Shown piece by piece: positions 1 through 9,439 of a DNA stretch of 64,000 bases. Below the pieces are notes generated by a model that did not search any database, was not told the origin of the DNA, and saw nothing but the letters and a program-made list of their open reading frames with translations. Source of the DNA: Chitinophaga pinensis (GTDB taxonomy: Bacteria > Bacteroidota > Bacteroidia > Chitinophagales > CAMDFR01); NCBI GenBank assembly GCA_945860705.1, contig CAMART010000003.1, forward strand, positions 56,643 to 120,642, given 5' to 3'. Position numbers and translations under genes: made by a program. The stretch's first letter is position 1; every line of letters starts with the position of its first letter.

Positions 1-252
1 GTTCACAAAACTAGAAATATGCCAGAACTATACCTAGGTGCATCTACACGTGCCAGTGTAAATATATTGAATGCATCAAAAGCATTTGCGATACTTCAAG
101 GTAGAGATTTTGTGACTCCTGATGATATTATTTTTGTAGCAAAACCTATTCTAAGACATAGAGTGATACTAACTCCAGAAAAAGAAATGGAAGGTATCAC
201 CGCCAATGATGTAGTAGATATATTGATTAAAAGTATAGAAATACCAAGATAA
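1..252 (+). CDS. MoxR-family AAA+ ATPase, C-terminal part (5' end outside the window)
   Basis: Frame open from base 1; GASTRAS...GRDFVTPDDI...LRHRVIL is the MoxR lid region; followed by a DUF58 gene. Confidence 0.9.
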   Translation, partial: VHKTRNMPELYLGASTRASVNILNASKAFAILQGRDFVTPDDIIFVAKPILRHRVILTPEKEMEGITANDVVDILIKSIEIPR

Positions 253-256
253 GAAG

Positions 257-1594
257 ATGCTTTCATTTTACAAATCTCTTTATCTGAATAGAAGATTGTT
301 TATATGCATCTTTGGTTTGGTCATGCTCTTTATTGTGAGCTTTGCTATATCATGGATGTTTATCATCACTAAATTACTTTTTATAGTTTTTCTAATATTG
401 ATTTTAATAGATATTGTAATGCTGTATAATAAAAATACTAAAGGTATTTTTGGAACTAGAATCTGTCCAGAAAAATTTTCTAATGGAGATGAAAATGAGA
501 TAAATATTTATATAGAAAACCAATACAATTTCAACTGTAAACTAAAAATAATAGATGAAACTCCCTTTCAATTTCAATTTAGAAAAGCGAGTTTTAGAAT
601 ACCTATAGCAAGTGGTGATAAAACAAAAATAAACTATCATCTAAGACCTACTATGAGAGGCGAGTATATGTTTGGCGCATTAAATATATATGCCACAGGT
701 ATCATAGGACTAGTCTCTAGAAGGTTTGTATATGATGAAAAAAAGATAGTGCCTGTGTATCCATCTTATCTGCAAATGCGAAAATATGAATTGCTAGCTA
801 TATCTAACAGGCTCAATGAATATGGTATAAAAAAACTAAGAAAAATAGGACAGAGTATAGAATTTGAACAAATAAAAAACTATGTAGCCGGAGATGATTT
901 CAGAACTATAAATTGGAAAGCATCATCGAGAAGAAACGAACTCATGGTCAATCACTATAGCGATGAAAAATCTCAACAAGTATATAGTATTATAGATAAA
1001 GGCAGATTGATGAAAATGCCTTTTGAAGGACTTAGTTTGCTAGATTATGCTATCAATACGAGTTTAGTTATTTCAAATATTGCCATAAAAAAAGATGATA
1101 AAGCTGGACTAATTACTTTTAATAAGAATGTAGAATCATTTGTAAAAGCAGATAAGAAAAGTATACAGATGTATAAAATACAAGAAGCATTATACAATCA
1201 GAAAACTACTTTCCAAGAAAGCGATTTTGAAAAAATGAGTATCAATGTAAGAAACAGACTTTCACAAAGAAGTTTATTGATAGTATATACCAATTTCGAA
1301 TCGGTACTATCTATGCGCAGACAGCAGGACTATCTAGCATCACTGACTAAAAATCATGTTGTGGTAGTGGTATTTTTTGAAAATACAGAAGTGAAAAAAA
1401 TATACGAATCTGAATCAAAAACACTAGAAGATGTATATATAAGAACTATAGCTGACAAATTTGTATTGGAGAAAAAACAAATAGTAAAAGAACTTAAGCA
1501 AAGAGGAATCTACAGTATACTTACCTCACCAAAAAACTTAACTGTTAATACTATAAATAAATATTTAGAGTTTAAATCGAAAGGAATAATATAG
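257..1594 (+). CDS. DUF58 domain protein (MoxR-associated, vWA-like)
   Basis: N-terminal TM helices; EFEQIKNYVAGDDFRTINWKAS motif; directly after moxR. Confidence 0.9.
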   Translation: MLSFYKSLYLNRRLFICIFGLVMLFIVSFAISWMFIITKLLFIVFLILILIDIVMLYNKNTKGIFGTRICPEKFSNGDENEINIYIENQYNFNCKLKIIDETPFQFQFRKASFRIPIASGDKTKINYHLRPTMRGEYMFGALNIYATGIIGLVSRRFVYDEKKIVPVYPSYLQMRKYELLAISNRLNEYGIKKLRKIGQSIEFEQIKNYVAGDDFRTINWKASSRRNELMVNHYSDEKSQQVYSIIDKGRLMKMPFEGLSLLDYAINTSLVISNIAIKKDDKAGLITFNKNVESFVKADKKSIQMYKIQEALYNQKTTFQESDFEKMSINVRNRLSQRSLLIVYTNFESVLSMRRQQDYLASLTKNHVVVVVFFENTEVKKIYESESKTLEDVYIRTIADKFVLEKKQIVKELKQRGIYSILTSPKNLTVNTINKYLEFKSKGII

Positions 1595-1613
1595 TACTTA
1601 AAAAATCTATATT

Positions 1614-2072
1614 TTACTTACCAAATTGTGTCAAGTGATGATCTAGATGTTTGTACATCATATTATTCCACTCTGTAGCACTCAATGCACCAAATGAGTG
1701 AGATTCTTTTCCTTCAAAATAACTCGCACCTAATTCATATACTTTATCTATATGCTCTATTAAACGAGTTTTTTCTTTTTCAAATTCTCTAGCATCTGAA
1801 ATAATAAACTGAGGTGCAGTTTGCCCATTTTTTTGATACGTACTCTCTCCTACTACTTTATTTTTTACAAATAATTTGAGCATCAATTTTACAAATGCAT
1901 TAGGTTTTGGATGTTTATCTGTAAAGAGCATTTCATAAGTCACATTGCAATGCGCCAGCATCTGAGCTACATTCATTTTACCCCATAGTGGTGTAGTATT
2001 GTTTTCTAAAGAATTTATTCTAGATTTAATAGTTTCTAATGTAGATTTTTCAAATATATTTGGTAATGCCAT
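1614..2072 (-). CDS. DUF1569 / DinB-like protein
   Basis: WGKMNVAQMLAHC and KHLDHHLTQFG motifs. Confidence 0.85.
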   Translation of the reverse strand: MALPNIFEKSTLETIKSRINSLENNTTPLWGKMNVAQMLAHCNVTYEMLFTDKHPKPNAFVKLMLKLFVKNKVVGESTYQKNGQTAPQFIISDAREFEKEKTRLIEHIDKVYELGASYFEGKESHSFGALSATEWNNMMYKHLDHHLTQFGK

Positions 2073-2079
2073 CTTTTTA

Positions 2080-2251
2080 AATTTTGAGTTATATAATTTT
2101 GAATTATGAATATTTTGTAATTACTATAAAATGTATTTCAAAATATTTTGTGATTATTTTTAGTATTATATATTATTTGAGATATAGATTTTCTAACAGT
2201 AAATTATTTAAAGTTTTATATTCAAAATTTAAAATTCAATAATTCATAATT
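2080..2251. repeat. Two oppositely oriented tracts of degenerate AATT(T/A)TG heptamers
   Basis: aattttg/aattatg units at 2080-2111; attcaaa/atttaaa/attcaat/attcata units at 2220-2251; AT-rich, so partly expected by chance. Confidence 0.45.
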
Positions 2252-2285
2252 ATGACTGTCTAGTATCTATAAAGCCTTGTCGTGA

Positions 2286-3443
2286 CTATTTATCTAATGC
2301 CTGTGCTAAATCTGCAATCAAATCTTCTACATCTTCAACACCTACACTTAGTCTTAGCAAATTATCTACTACACCTACACGTTCTCTTTCTTCTTTCGGT
2401 ATAGAAGCATGTGTCATCGTAGCGGGATGATTGATTAAAGATTCTACACCGCCTAAAGATTCTGCTAATGAAAATACTTCGAATGAAGATGCTATTTTAA
2501 ATGTTTTTTCTAAATCTGCATTTTTCAATACTATAGAAATCATTCCTCCAAAATCACGCATTTGTTTTTTGGCAATTTCATGATTTGGATGATCTGTAAA
2601 TCCTGGCCAATAGATTTTTTCTATAGCAGGATGTGTTTTTAGAAATTCAGCTATTTTTCTACCATTAAAGCAATGTCTTTCCATTCTTAGGTGTAGCGTT
2701 TTTATTCCTCTCATAACTAAAAATGAATCCATAGGCCCTGGAGTTGCTCCACAACTATTGTGTATGAAAGCAATTCTCTCGTATAATGAATCATCATTCA
2801 TAATCAGTGCACCCATCACCACGTCACTATGACCACCAAGATATTTTGTAACACTATGCATCACTATATCTGCACCAAGTGCTAACGGATTTTGCAAGTA
2901 TGGAGAAGCAAATGTATTATCCACAGCTAAAATCAATTTATGTTCTTTAGCTATTTTTGCACAAGCTTCTATATCTATAATCTGCATAGTAGGATTGGTA
3001 GGAGTTTCAGCCCATATCATTTTTGTATTTGCATTTACATACTTTGCTATATTACTAGCATCAGTCATATTCACAAAATGAAAAACAATGCCCATTGGTG
3101 CAAATATTTTTGTAAACATTCTATATGATCCACCATACAAATCATCGCCAGTGATCACCTCATCTCCGGGTTTTAAAAGCTTGATAACTGCATCCATGGA
3201 ACCCATACCACTACTAAAACATAATGCATATTTACCATTTTCAAGAGCTGCAAGATTTTTTTCTAAAGCCATTCTTGTAGGATTTTTTCCTCGAGCATAT
3301 GCAAATCCTTTATGCTTTCCTGGTGACTCTTGAACAAATGTTGATGTTTGAAAAATCGGTGTCATGATAGCTCCTGTGCTAGGATCTGGTTCAGCACCTG
3401 CATGAATTGCTTTAGTACCAAATTTATAATTTTTATCGCTCAT
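2286..3443 (-). CDS. PLP-dependent cystathionine gamma-synthase/gamma-lyase family enzyme
   Basis: YARGKNPT, ETPTNP, DNTFASP, HSVTKYLGGHSD (PLP lysine), ESLGGVESL. Confidence 0.93.
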   Translation of the reverse strand: MSDKNYKFGTKAIHAGAEPDPSTGAIMTPIFQTSTFVQESPGKHKGFAYARGKNPTRMALEKNLAALENGKYALCFSSGMGSMDAVIKLLKPGDEVITGDDLYGGSYRMFTKIFAPMGIVFHFVNMTDASNIAKYVNANTKMIWAETPTNPTMQIIDIEACAKIAKEHKLILAVDNTFASPYLQNPLALGADIVMHSVTKYLGGHSDVVMGALIMNDDSLYERIAFIHNSCGATPGPMDSFLVMRGIKTLHLRMERHCFNGRKIAEFLKTHPAIEKIYWPGFTDHPNHEIAKKQMRDFGGMISIVLKNADLEKTFKIASSFEVFSLAESLGGVESLINHPATMTHASIPKEERERVGVVDNLLRLSVGVEDVEDLIADLAQALDK

Positions 3444-3472
3444 TTTATACTTTTTCTATTTAATAATAAATA

Positions 3473-3480
3473 CAAAAATA
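3473..3480 (-). promoter_or_regulatory. Bacteroidota -7 promoter element TATTTTTG for the cystathionine gene
   Basis: Exact TAnnTTTG match about 30 bp upstream of the start. Confidence 0.6.
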
Positions 3481-3559
3481 CTAATCTATAAGTATATAGC
3501 TCTTAATATTATTTAACTTATTCATATTTACTTTAAACAATCAATAAATATAGAATCCG

Positions 3560-3567
3560 TAACTTTG
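3560..3567 (+). promoter_or_regulatory. Bacteroidota -7 promoter element TAACTTTG for maeB
   Basis: Exact TAnnTTTG match 33 bp upstream of the ATG. Confidence 0.65.
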
Positions 3568-3600
3568 CCGACCAAAAACAAATCAAACGAAAATTTATAA

Positions 3601-5871
3601 ATGGCAAAATTTAAGAAACAAGATGCACTAGACTATCATTCACAAGGTCGTGCAGGAAAAATAGAAGTAATACCTAGTAAACCATATAGTACACAAAGAG
3701 ATTTAACTCTAGCATACTCACCGGGAGTAGCTGAACCATGTTTAGAAATAGAAAAAAATCCAGATGATGCTTATAAGTATACTACTAAAGGAAATCTAGT
3801 AGCTGTGATTTCAAATGGTACGGCAGTACTTGGGTTGGGCGATATAGGTGCATTAGCTTCTAAGCCAGTGATGGAAGGGAAAGGACTGCTCTTCAAGATT
3901 TTTGCAGATATAGATGTATTTGATATAGAAGTAGACACAAAAAATATAGATGAATTTGTAAATACAGTAAAAAATATTGCTGTCACTTTTGGAGGTATCA
4001 ATTTAGAAGATATAAAAGCTCCAGAATGTTTTGAGATTGAAAGAAGATTGAAAGAAGAACTTGATATTCCATTGATGCATGATGACCAGCACGGTACAGC
4101 TATCATATCTGCTGCAGCATTGCTCAATGCAGTAGAACTTTCTAATAAAAAAATGAGTGAAGTAAAAATCATTATCAATGGTGCGGGTGCATCTGCAAAC
4201 TCATGTGCAAAAATGTACATAGCTGTAGGAGCAAATAAAGATAATATCATGATGCTTGATAGCAAAGGTGTGATACATAAAAACCGAACTGACTTAAATG
4301 AATACAAAGCGTTTTTTGCAATAGAAGATAAAGGCATACATACATTGAAAGATGCCATAAAAGGTGCCGATGTATTTGTAGGATTATCTACAGGAAATAT
4401 ATTGAGTCAAGATATGGTAAGAAGCATGGCAAACAATTGTATCGTATTTGCACTCGCTAATCCAAATCCAGAAATCTCTTATGAACTCGCTATACAATCA
4501 AGAGAAGATATCATATTTGCTACAGGAAGAAGTGACCATCCTAACCAAGTAAATAATGTACTTGGATTTCCATTTATATTCAGAGGAGCACTTGATGTGC
4601 GAGCAAAATGTATCAATGAAGAAATGAAACTAGCTGCAACTCTTGCATTGGCTTCTATAGCAAAGGAACCAGTACCTGAGCATATCAATCTTACCTATGG
4701 TGTGAATAATTTAAAATTTGGTAAAGAATATATCATACCAAAACCGATGGATAATAGATTGCTATCAGCGGTGAGTGCTGCTGTAGCAAAAGCAGCTATG
4801 GATAGTGGTGTAGCTCGTCAAAACATTACAGATTGGGAAGCATATAAACTGCACTTAGATACTAAACTTGGTAGATACAACAAGCTGATGAGAGGTATCA
4901 CTAGCAAAGCAAAATCGGATCCTAAAAAAGTAGTATTTGCAGAAGCAGATAACTTTAAAATATTAAAAGCTGCTCAAGTAGCTCGTGACGAAGGTATTGC
5001 TATTCCTATTCTTCTAGGCAATAAAGATAAAATCTTAGCTATGATGGATGAATATGGATTGGATATGAAAGATTGTATCATACGTGATGCGTGGCTTCCA
5101 GAAGAAGAAGCAAGAAGAAATGAGTTTGGAGATATGCTCTGGAAAAAAAGAGAACGTAGAGGTCTTACTCAGTATGAAGCTAGAAGAATCATGAAAGACC
5201 GAAATTATTTTGGTGCTATGCTTGTTGAAAACGGTGAAGCAGATGCTATGATATCTGGACTGACAAGATGGTATGGTGCACCTATCAAACCTGCATTTGA
5301 TGTAATAGGCAAAAGAGAAGGGGTAGATAGAGTAGCTGGCTTATATATTATTGTCACTAAAAAAGGTCCTTACTTTTTTGCTGATACTACTATGAATACA
5401 GACCCTACAGCAGAGGAATTAGCAAATATTGCTGTACTAACTGCAAACACTATCAAACAATTTAATATTACTCCACGCATTGCCATGTTGTCTTACTCAA
5501 ACTTTGGTTCTACAAATAACGGAGAGATACCACGAAAAGTACAAAAAGCTGTGAGTATATTACACAAAAATCATCCGGATTTGATTGTCGATGGCGATAT
5601 ACAAGCCAACTTTGCAGTAAATAATGATTTATTAAAAGAACAATTTCCATTCAGTCAGTTAGTAGATAAAAATGTAAACACATTCATATTTCCAAACCTT
5701 GCTTCGGGAAATATTGCTTATAAACTCATGCAAGAACTAGGCAATGCAGAAGCTATAGGACCGGTATTAATGGGACTCAAAAAACCTATACATATACTTC
5801 AATTAGGTAGTTCGGTAAGAGAGATTGTAAATATGACTGCTATTGCTGTGGTAGATGCTCAGAATAAATAA
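3601..5871 (+). CDS. maeB: NADP-dependent malic enzyme with C-terminal phosphotransacetylase-like domain
   Basis: LAYSPGVAEPC, GGINLEDIKAP, HDDQHGTA, NQVNNVLGFP; C-terminal PTA-like domain (FPNLASGNIAYK). Confidence 0.96.
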   Translation: MAKFKKQDALDYHSQGRAGKIEVIPSKPYSTQRDLTLAYSPGVAEPCLEIEKNPDDAYKYTTKGNLVAVISNGTAVLGLGDIGALASKPVMEGKGLLFKIFADIDVFDIEVDTKNIDEFVNTVKNIAVTFGGINLEDIKAPECFEIERRLKEELDIPLMHDDQHGTAIISAAALLNAVELSNKKMSEVKIIINGAGASANSCAKMYIAVGANKDNIMMLDSKGVIHKNRTDLNEYKAFFAIEDKGIHTLKDAIKGADVFVGLSTGNILSQDMVRSMANNCIVFALANPNPEISYELAIQSREDIIFATGRSDHPNQVNNVLGFPFIFRGALDVRAKCINEEMKLAATLALASIAKEPVPEHINLTYGVNNLKFGKEYIIPKPMDNRLLSAVSAAVAKAAMDSGVARQNITDWEAYKLHLDTKLGRYNKLMRGITSKAKSDPKKVVFAEADNFKILKAAQVARDEGIAIPILLGNKDKILAMMDEYGLDMKDCIIRDAWLPEEEARRNEFGDMLWKKRERRGLTQYEARRIMKDRNYFGAMLVENGEADAMISGLTRWYGAPIKPAFDVIGKREGVDRVAGLYIIVTKKGPYFFADTTMNTDPTAEELANIAVLTANTIKQFNITPRIAMLSYSNFGSTNNGEIPRKVQKAVSILHKNHPDLIVDGDIQANFAVNNDLLKEQFPFSQLVDKNVNTFIFPNLASGNIAYKLMQELGNAEAIGPVLMGLKKPIHILQLGSSVREIVNMTAIAVVDAQNK

Positions 5872-5932
5872 TATCAATAAAAAAAACGCATATTTTTACA
5901 AATATTTTAAACAAACACACAAAAATTTAAAA

Positions 5933-7600
5933 ATGAAAAAACAATTCCTAGTACTTTCAATAAGTTTATTATTCTTATTGAATTTAAATGCTCAAACAGC
6001 AAAAACTACCATTACTTGGGGTTCTGAATTTATGTCACCTAAAAAACATGTTTTTACAGGAGTTTTAGGAAATCCTAAAGATGGATACGTATCTATCAAT
6101 CAGCGATATGGCAAAAGTTTGACATTACAAAAATTTAACACTGATTTAAAATTAAAATCTGAAAATGCTGTAGACTTAAAAACTATGCCTAAAGGCTATA
6201 TGAGCGAGTTTTTTTTAGATATGAATAATAAATACTATTGGGTATATTCTACATGGGATAAGAAAGCTAAAATAGAACAACTCAATGTACGACCTATAGA
6301 TATAAGTACTGCAAAACTTACAGGTAAGTCTACTCCTGTAATAAAATCAGATAAAAAATTAGCAGGTGATTTAGTTGCTACTGGATTTTATAAAATAGGG
6401 ACTGCGAATAAATGGGAAAGCGAATTATCTGATAATGGTAGCAAAGTTTTAGTTCATTATAGATTGAAACCTGAGATAAAAGACGATTCTAAAAATAAAG
6501 ATGTAATTGGATTATATGTATTTGATAGCGAATTTGAGGAAATATCAGGGAGACGTGTAGAAATGCCATATGTAGAAGAATTTCTTGATATTATGTCTTA
6601 TCAAATAGATAATGCAGGCAATGCTTACATACTAGGTAAAGTATATGAAGGAAGTAAAAAAGAAAAAACAAAAGATAAAAAACCAAATTATCATTTTGAG
6701 ATTTTTAAATACACTAAAGATAATTCTGAGGCAATAAAAATTTCATTAAAACTAGAATCTACTTTTGTAAGCTCTATAAAACTTGTAGAAGGTAAAGAGG
6801 GTAATATGATATTGGTAGGCTATTATTCTAAATCTACATATGGTGCAGCAGATGGTGTATTTTGTTTCAACCTAAATAGTACGACTAATAAAATCGAAAA
6901 TAAATTTAAAGGATTTTATGAGTTTCCATCAGATATTATGAAAGCATACGAAAAAAGTAGAACTGCAAAAAAAGTAAATGATAAGGAAGCAAAAGATGCC
7001 AATGAATTAACATCTTTAAAAATCAAAGATATCATGGTAAATGAAGATGGAAGCTTTGATGTTTTTGGAGAAGAATATACACATATATGGTATGTGAGAA
7101 TAAATAATAGAAGAGTGGAATATGTTCACAAATTAATCTACGGAGATATTTATGTAATGCGTATTGGTGCTGATGGAGAAATGAAACAAGTAAATAAAAT
7201 ACCAAAATATCAATTTAAATCATTAACTACATCTAGTCCTGTACTAGCTAATGAAGTATTTGGAATGTCTTTCTATCTAGATAAAAAAGATGGTAATTAT
7301 TTTATATACTATGTAGATAATCTAAAAAATCTAAATATCAAAGCTACAGATGCTCCAGAAAGACATGTTGATGGTGCAGGTGGTGTATTGATGTCAACTA
7401 AATTAGGCTCTGATGGAAGCTTGACAAAAAATAAATTGTTTGATTTTAGAGAAAAGAAATATTATATCAATGTAACAGAAATGGATAGAATAGGACCAAA
7501 TGACTATGTAGCTCTAGCATATGCATATTCTGATAGTCCATTTGCATATCTTACATTCAATAGCAAACCAAAAAAGTTTGTTCAAATCAGTGTTAAATAA
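5933..7600 (+). CDS. Secreted hypothetical protein (beta-rich)
   Basis: Start moved to ATG 5933, which gives the signal peptide MKKQFLVLSISLLFLLNLNA-Q; no recognised catalytic motif. Confidence 0.75.
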   Translation: MKKQFLVLSISLLFLLNLNAQTAKTTITWGSEFMSPKKHVFTGVLGNPKDGYVSINQRYGKSLTLQKFNTDLKLKSENAVDLKTMPKGYMSEFFLDMNNKYYWVYSTWDKKAKIEQLNVRPIDISTAKLTGKSTPVIKSDKKLAGDLVATGFYKIGTANKWESELSDNGSKVLVHYRLKPEIKDDSKNKDVIGLYVFDSEFEEISGRRVEMPYVEEFLDIMSYQIDNAGNAYILGKVYEGSKKEKTKDKKPNYHFEIFKYTKDNSEAIKISLKLESTFVSSIKLVEGKEGNMILVGYYSKSTYGAADGVFCFNLNSTTNKIENKFKGFYEFPSDIMKAYEKSRTAKKVNDKEAKDANELTSLKIKDIMVNEDGSFDVFGEEYTHIWYVRINNRRVEYVHKLIYGDIYVMRIGADGEMKQVNKIPKYQFKSLTTSSPVLANEVFGMSFYLDKKDGNYFIYYVDNLKNLNIKATDAPERHVDGAGGVLMSTKLGSDGSLTKNKLFDFREKKYYINVTEMDRIGPNDYVALAYAYSDSPFAYLTFNSKPKKFVQISVK

Positions 7601-7622
7601 TTTATATAAAAAAAACAAATAC

Positions 7623-7654
7623 AAAGCCATCCAAAACATTGGGTGGCTTTTTTT
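7623..7654 (+). terminator. Intrinsic terminator
   Basis: aaagccatccaa-aaca-ttgggtggcttt stem followed by a T run. Confidence 0.85.
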
Positions 7655-7681
7655 GTCTATATTTTATATATTTAAATTTAT

Positions 7682-8275
7682 ATGGATGACTTTTTTCAAT
7701 TAAAAAATTACATTAGTAAAATCGTAGATTTTTCTACAGATGAGATGAATGCTTTTACTAGTAAAATGAAGATTTGTACTTATAAAAAAAACACATTTAT
7801 TCTTGAAGAAGGAAAACTAGCAAAATCTATATTTTTTATAAATAAAGGTTTAACTAGAAATGTAAGTATCAAAAAAGATGGAAGTGAAGCAAGTTTATTT
7901 TTTAGCTTAGAAAATACTTTTGTTACAGAATATGCCTCATTTCTGCAAAATACGCCAGCTATCTATGGTATTCAGTGCATAGAAGAATCTGAAATAATTG
8001 AAATACCAAAAGAAAGTATTGAGCAAGCTTATATACATATTAAAGATGGGAATAAATTGGGCAGATTAATTGCTGAACATTATTTTGTGATGTTGACTAA
8101 ATTTAACTATGAATCACAAATAAAAGACCCCTTACAAATATATTCTGAACTAGAAAAAAAATTTCCAAATATACATCAGCGTATTCCTCAGCATATGATA
8201 GCATCTTATTTAGGCATTAGTTCTGTACATCTTAGTAGACTAAAATCTGAAAGTATCACTAAAAGAAAACAATAA
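7682..8275 (+). CDS. Crp/Fnr-family transcriptional regulator
   Basis: cNMP-binding-like N-domain; C-terminal IPQHMIASYLGISSVHLSRL helix-turn-helix. Confidence 0.92.
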   Translation: MDDFFQLKNYISKIVDFSTDEMNAFTSKMKICTYKKNTFILEEGKLAKSIFFINKGLTRNVSIKKDGSEASLFFSLENTFVTEYASFLQNTPAIYGIQCIEESEIIEIPKESIEQAYIHIKDGNKLGRLIAEHYFVMLTKFNYESQIKDPLQIYSELEKKFPNIHQRIPQHMIASYLGISSVHLSRLKSESITKRKQ

Positions 8276-8315
8276 CATTTGTTAATGATTATTGAATTTG
8301 ATAGAAATACATTTG
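8273..8315 (+). promoter_or_regulatory. Palindromic operator TAACA-TT-TGTTA (8273-8284) plus -7 element TACATTTG (8308-8315)
   Basis: Palindrome overlaps the Crp stop codon and lies 23 bp upstream of a perfect TAnnTTTG for the next gene. Confidence 0.6.
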
Positions 8316-8334
8316 TCATATAAATTTTAGTTAT

Positions 8335-9363
8335 ATGAAAAAGTTTTATTTTTTATCAATTATTATAATCTTAGCGGGATGTACTACAATCATACCAGCT
8401 ATTACTAAAAAGAAATCGTTTAATATTATTGATAAACCTGTTGCAAAAGAAGCTAATGAGTATTTTTGGAATAATTATCATCAAGGAAATTATGATAGTA
8501 TTGATAATATTATAGCCAAACTAAATATTGCATTATTGGATGACCCTCAAAATTTGAGAACTACTGCGCACCTTGGCTTTGTTCATATATGGGCACTTGC
8601 AGAAAGACAAAGATTACAAAATGCTAATCCTTCTATAACTGAACATATTTTTTTATCTCAAAAATATTTTGATGAAGCCTATCATATGAATCCGCATGAC
8701 CCTAGAATATTGGGATTTTTAGCTGATTTGACTTTAGCTGAAGGTAATCAGTTAGTAAATAAAAGAAAAGAAACTCAAGGTTATTTTTTAGGTTTAAAAT
8801 CAATAAGACAATGGCAACAGTTCAATAGGTTTTCTATTGGTTATATCATGAGTAATTTAGATACAAGTGATAAAAATTTTCAAAAAGGGCTAGAATGGCA
8901 ATATGAGACAATTGATGATTGCTCTTGCGAAAAAAACACTAGAAAAACAGACTATAAAAAAGCAATAGATAATATAAGAAAATCTACAGACCCAAAAATA
9001 CATAGAGCTTGCTGGAATACATGGATAGCACCACATAACTGGGAAGGATTTTGTTTAAATTGGGGCGATATGTTAGTAAAAAATGGAGATGTTAATGAAG
9101 CAATACGTATATATAGTCTAGCTAAAGAAAGTGATAACTATCAAGAATGGCCCTACAAGAATGAACTAGAATTAAGAATCAAAAATGCGCAAAATAATGT
9201 TTCTGCATTTAATAAGCCTATTGATGAACAAAATATAAAAGATCAACAAGTGATCATGTTTAATTCAAAAATGGCTTGTATGGGTTGTCATCAAATGAGT
9301 AAAAATGAATTTCAGAAAATGGGATATCAAGAACTAGGTAAAGAATATTACTTTATTAAATAA
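8335..9363 (+). CDS. Lipoprotein of unknown function, helical/TPR-like, with C-terminal CxxCH motif
   Basis: Lipobox LAGC; CMGCH near the C-terminus. Confidence 0.75.
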   Translation: MKKFYFLSIIIILAGCTTIIPAITKKKSFNIIDKPVAKEANEYFWNNYHQGNYDSIDNIIAKLNIALLDDPQNLRTTAHLGFVHIWALAERQRLQNANPSITEHIFLSQKYFDEAYHMNPHDPRILGFLADLTLAEGNQLVNKRKETQGYFLGLKSIRQWQQFNRFSIGYIMSNLDTSDKNFQKGLEWQYETIDDCSCEKNTRKTDYKKAIDNIRKSTDPKIHRACWNTWIAPHNWEGFCLNWGDMLVKNGDVNEAIRIYSLAKESDNYQEWPYKNELELRIKNAQNNVSAFNKPIDEQNIKDQQVIMFNSKMACMGCHQMSKNEFQKMGYQELGKEYYFIK

Positions 9364-9411
9364 ATACTATAGTTGTTGATATAAATTTAGTCAAAGTATT
9401 TAAATCAGCTA

Positions 9412-9419
9412 TAAATTTG
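9412..9419 (+). promoter_or_regulatory. -7 promoter element TAAATTTG for purM
   Basis: Exact TAnnTTTG match 20 bp upstream of the ATG. Confidence 0.6.
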
Positions 9420-9439
9420 TATAGCCAAATACAATTATT

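Noticed and set aside
3771-4358. Long antisense ORFs (also 12486-13076, 56727-57215 and many shorter ones)
   Set aside because: They lie opposite well-supported genes and have no motifs of their own; shadow ORFs
5855-5932. Longer N-termini in the ORF track (also for the XRE, rdgB, rluD and rhomboid genes)
   Set aside because: They overlap neighbouring genes or promoters; downstream ATGs give proper signal peptides or family-typical starts
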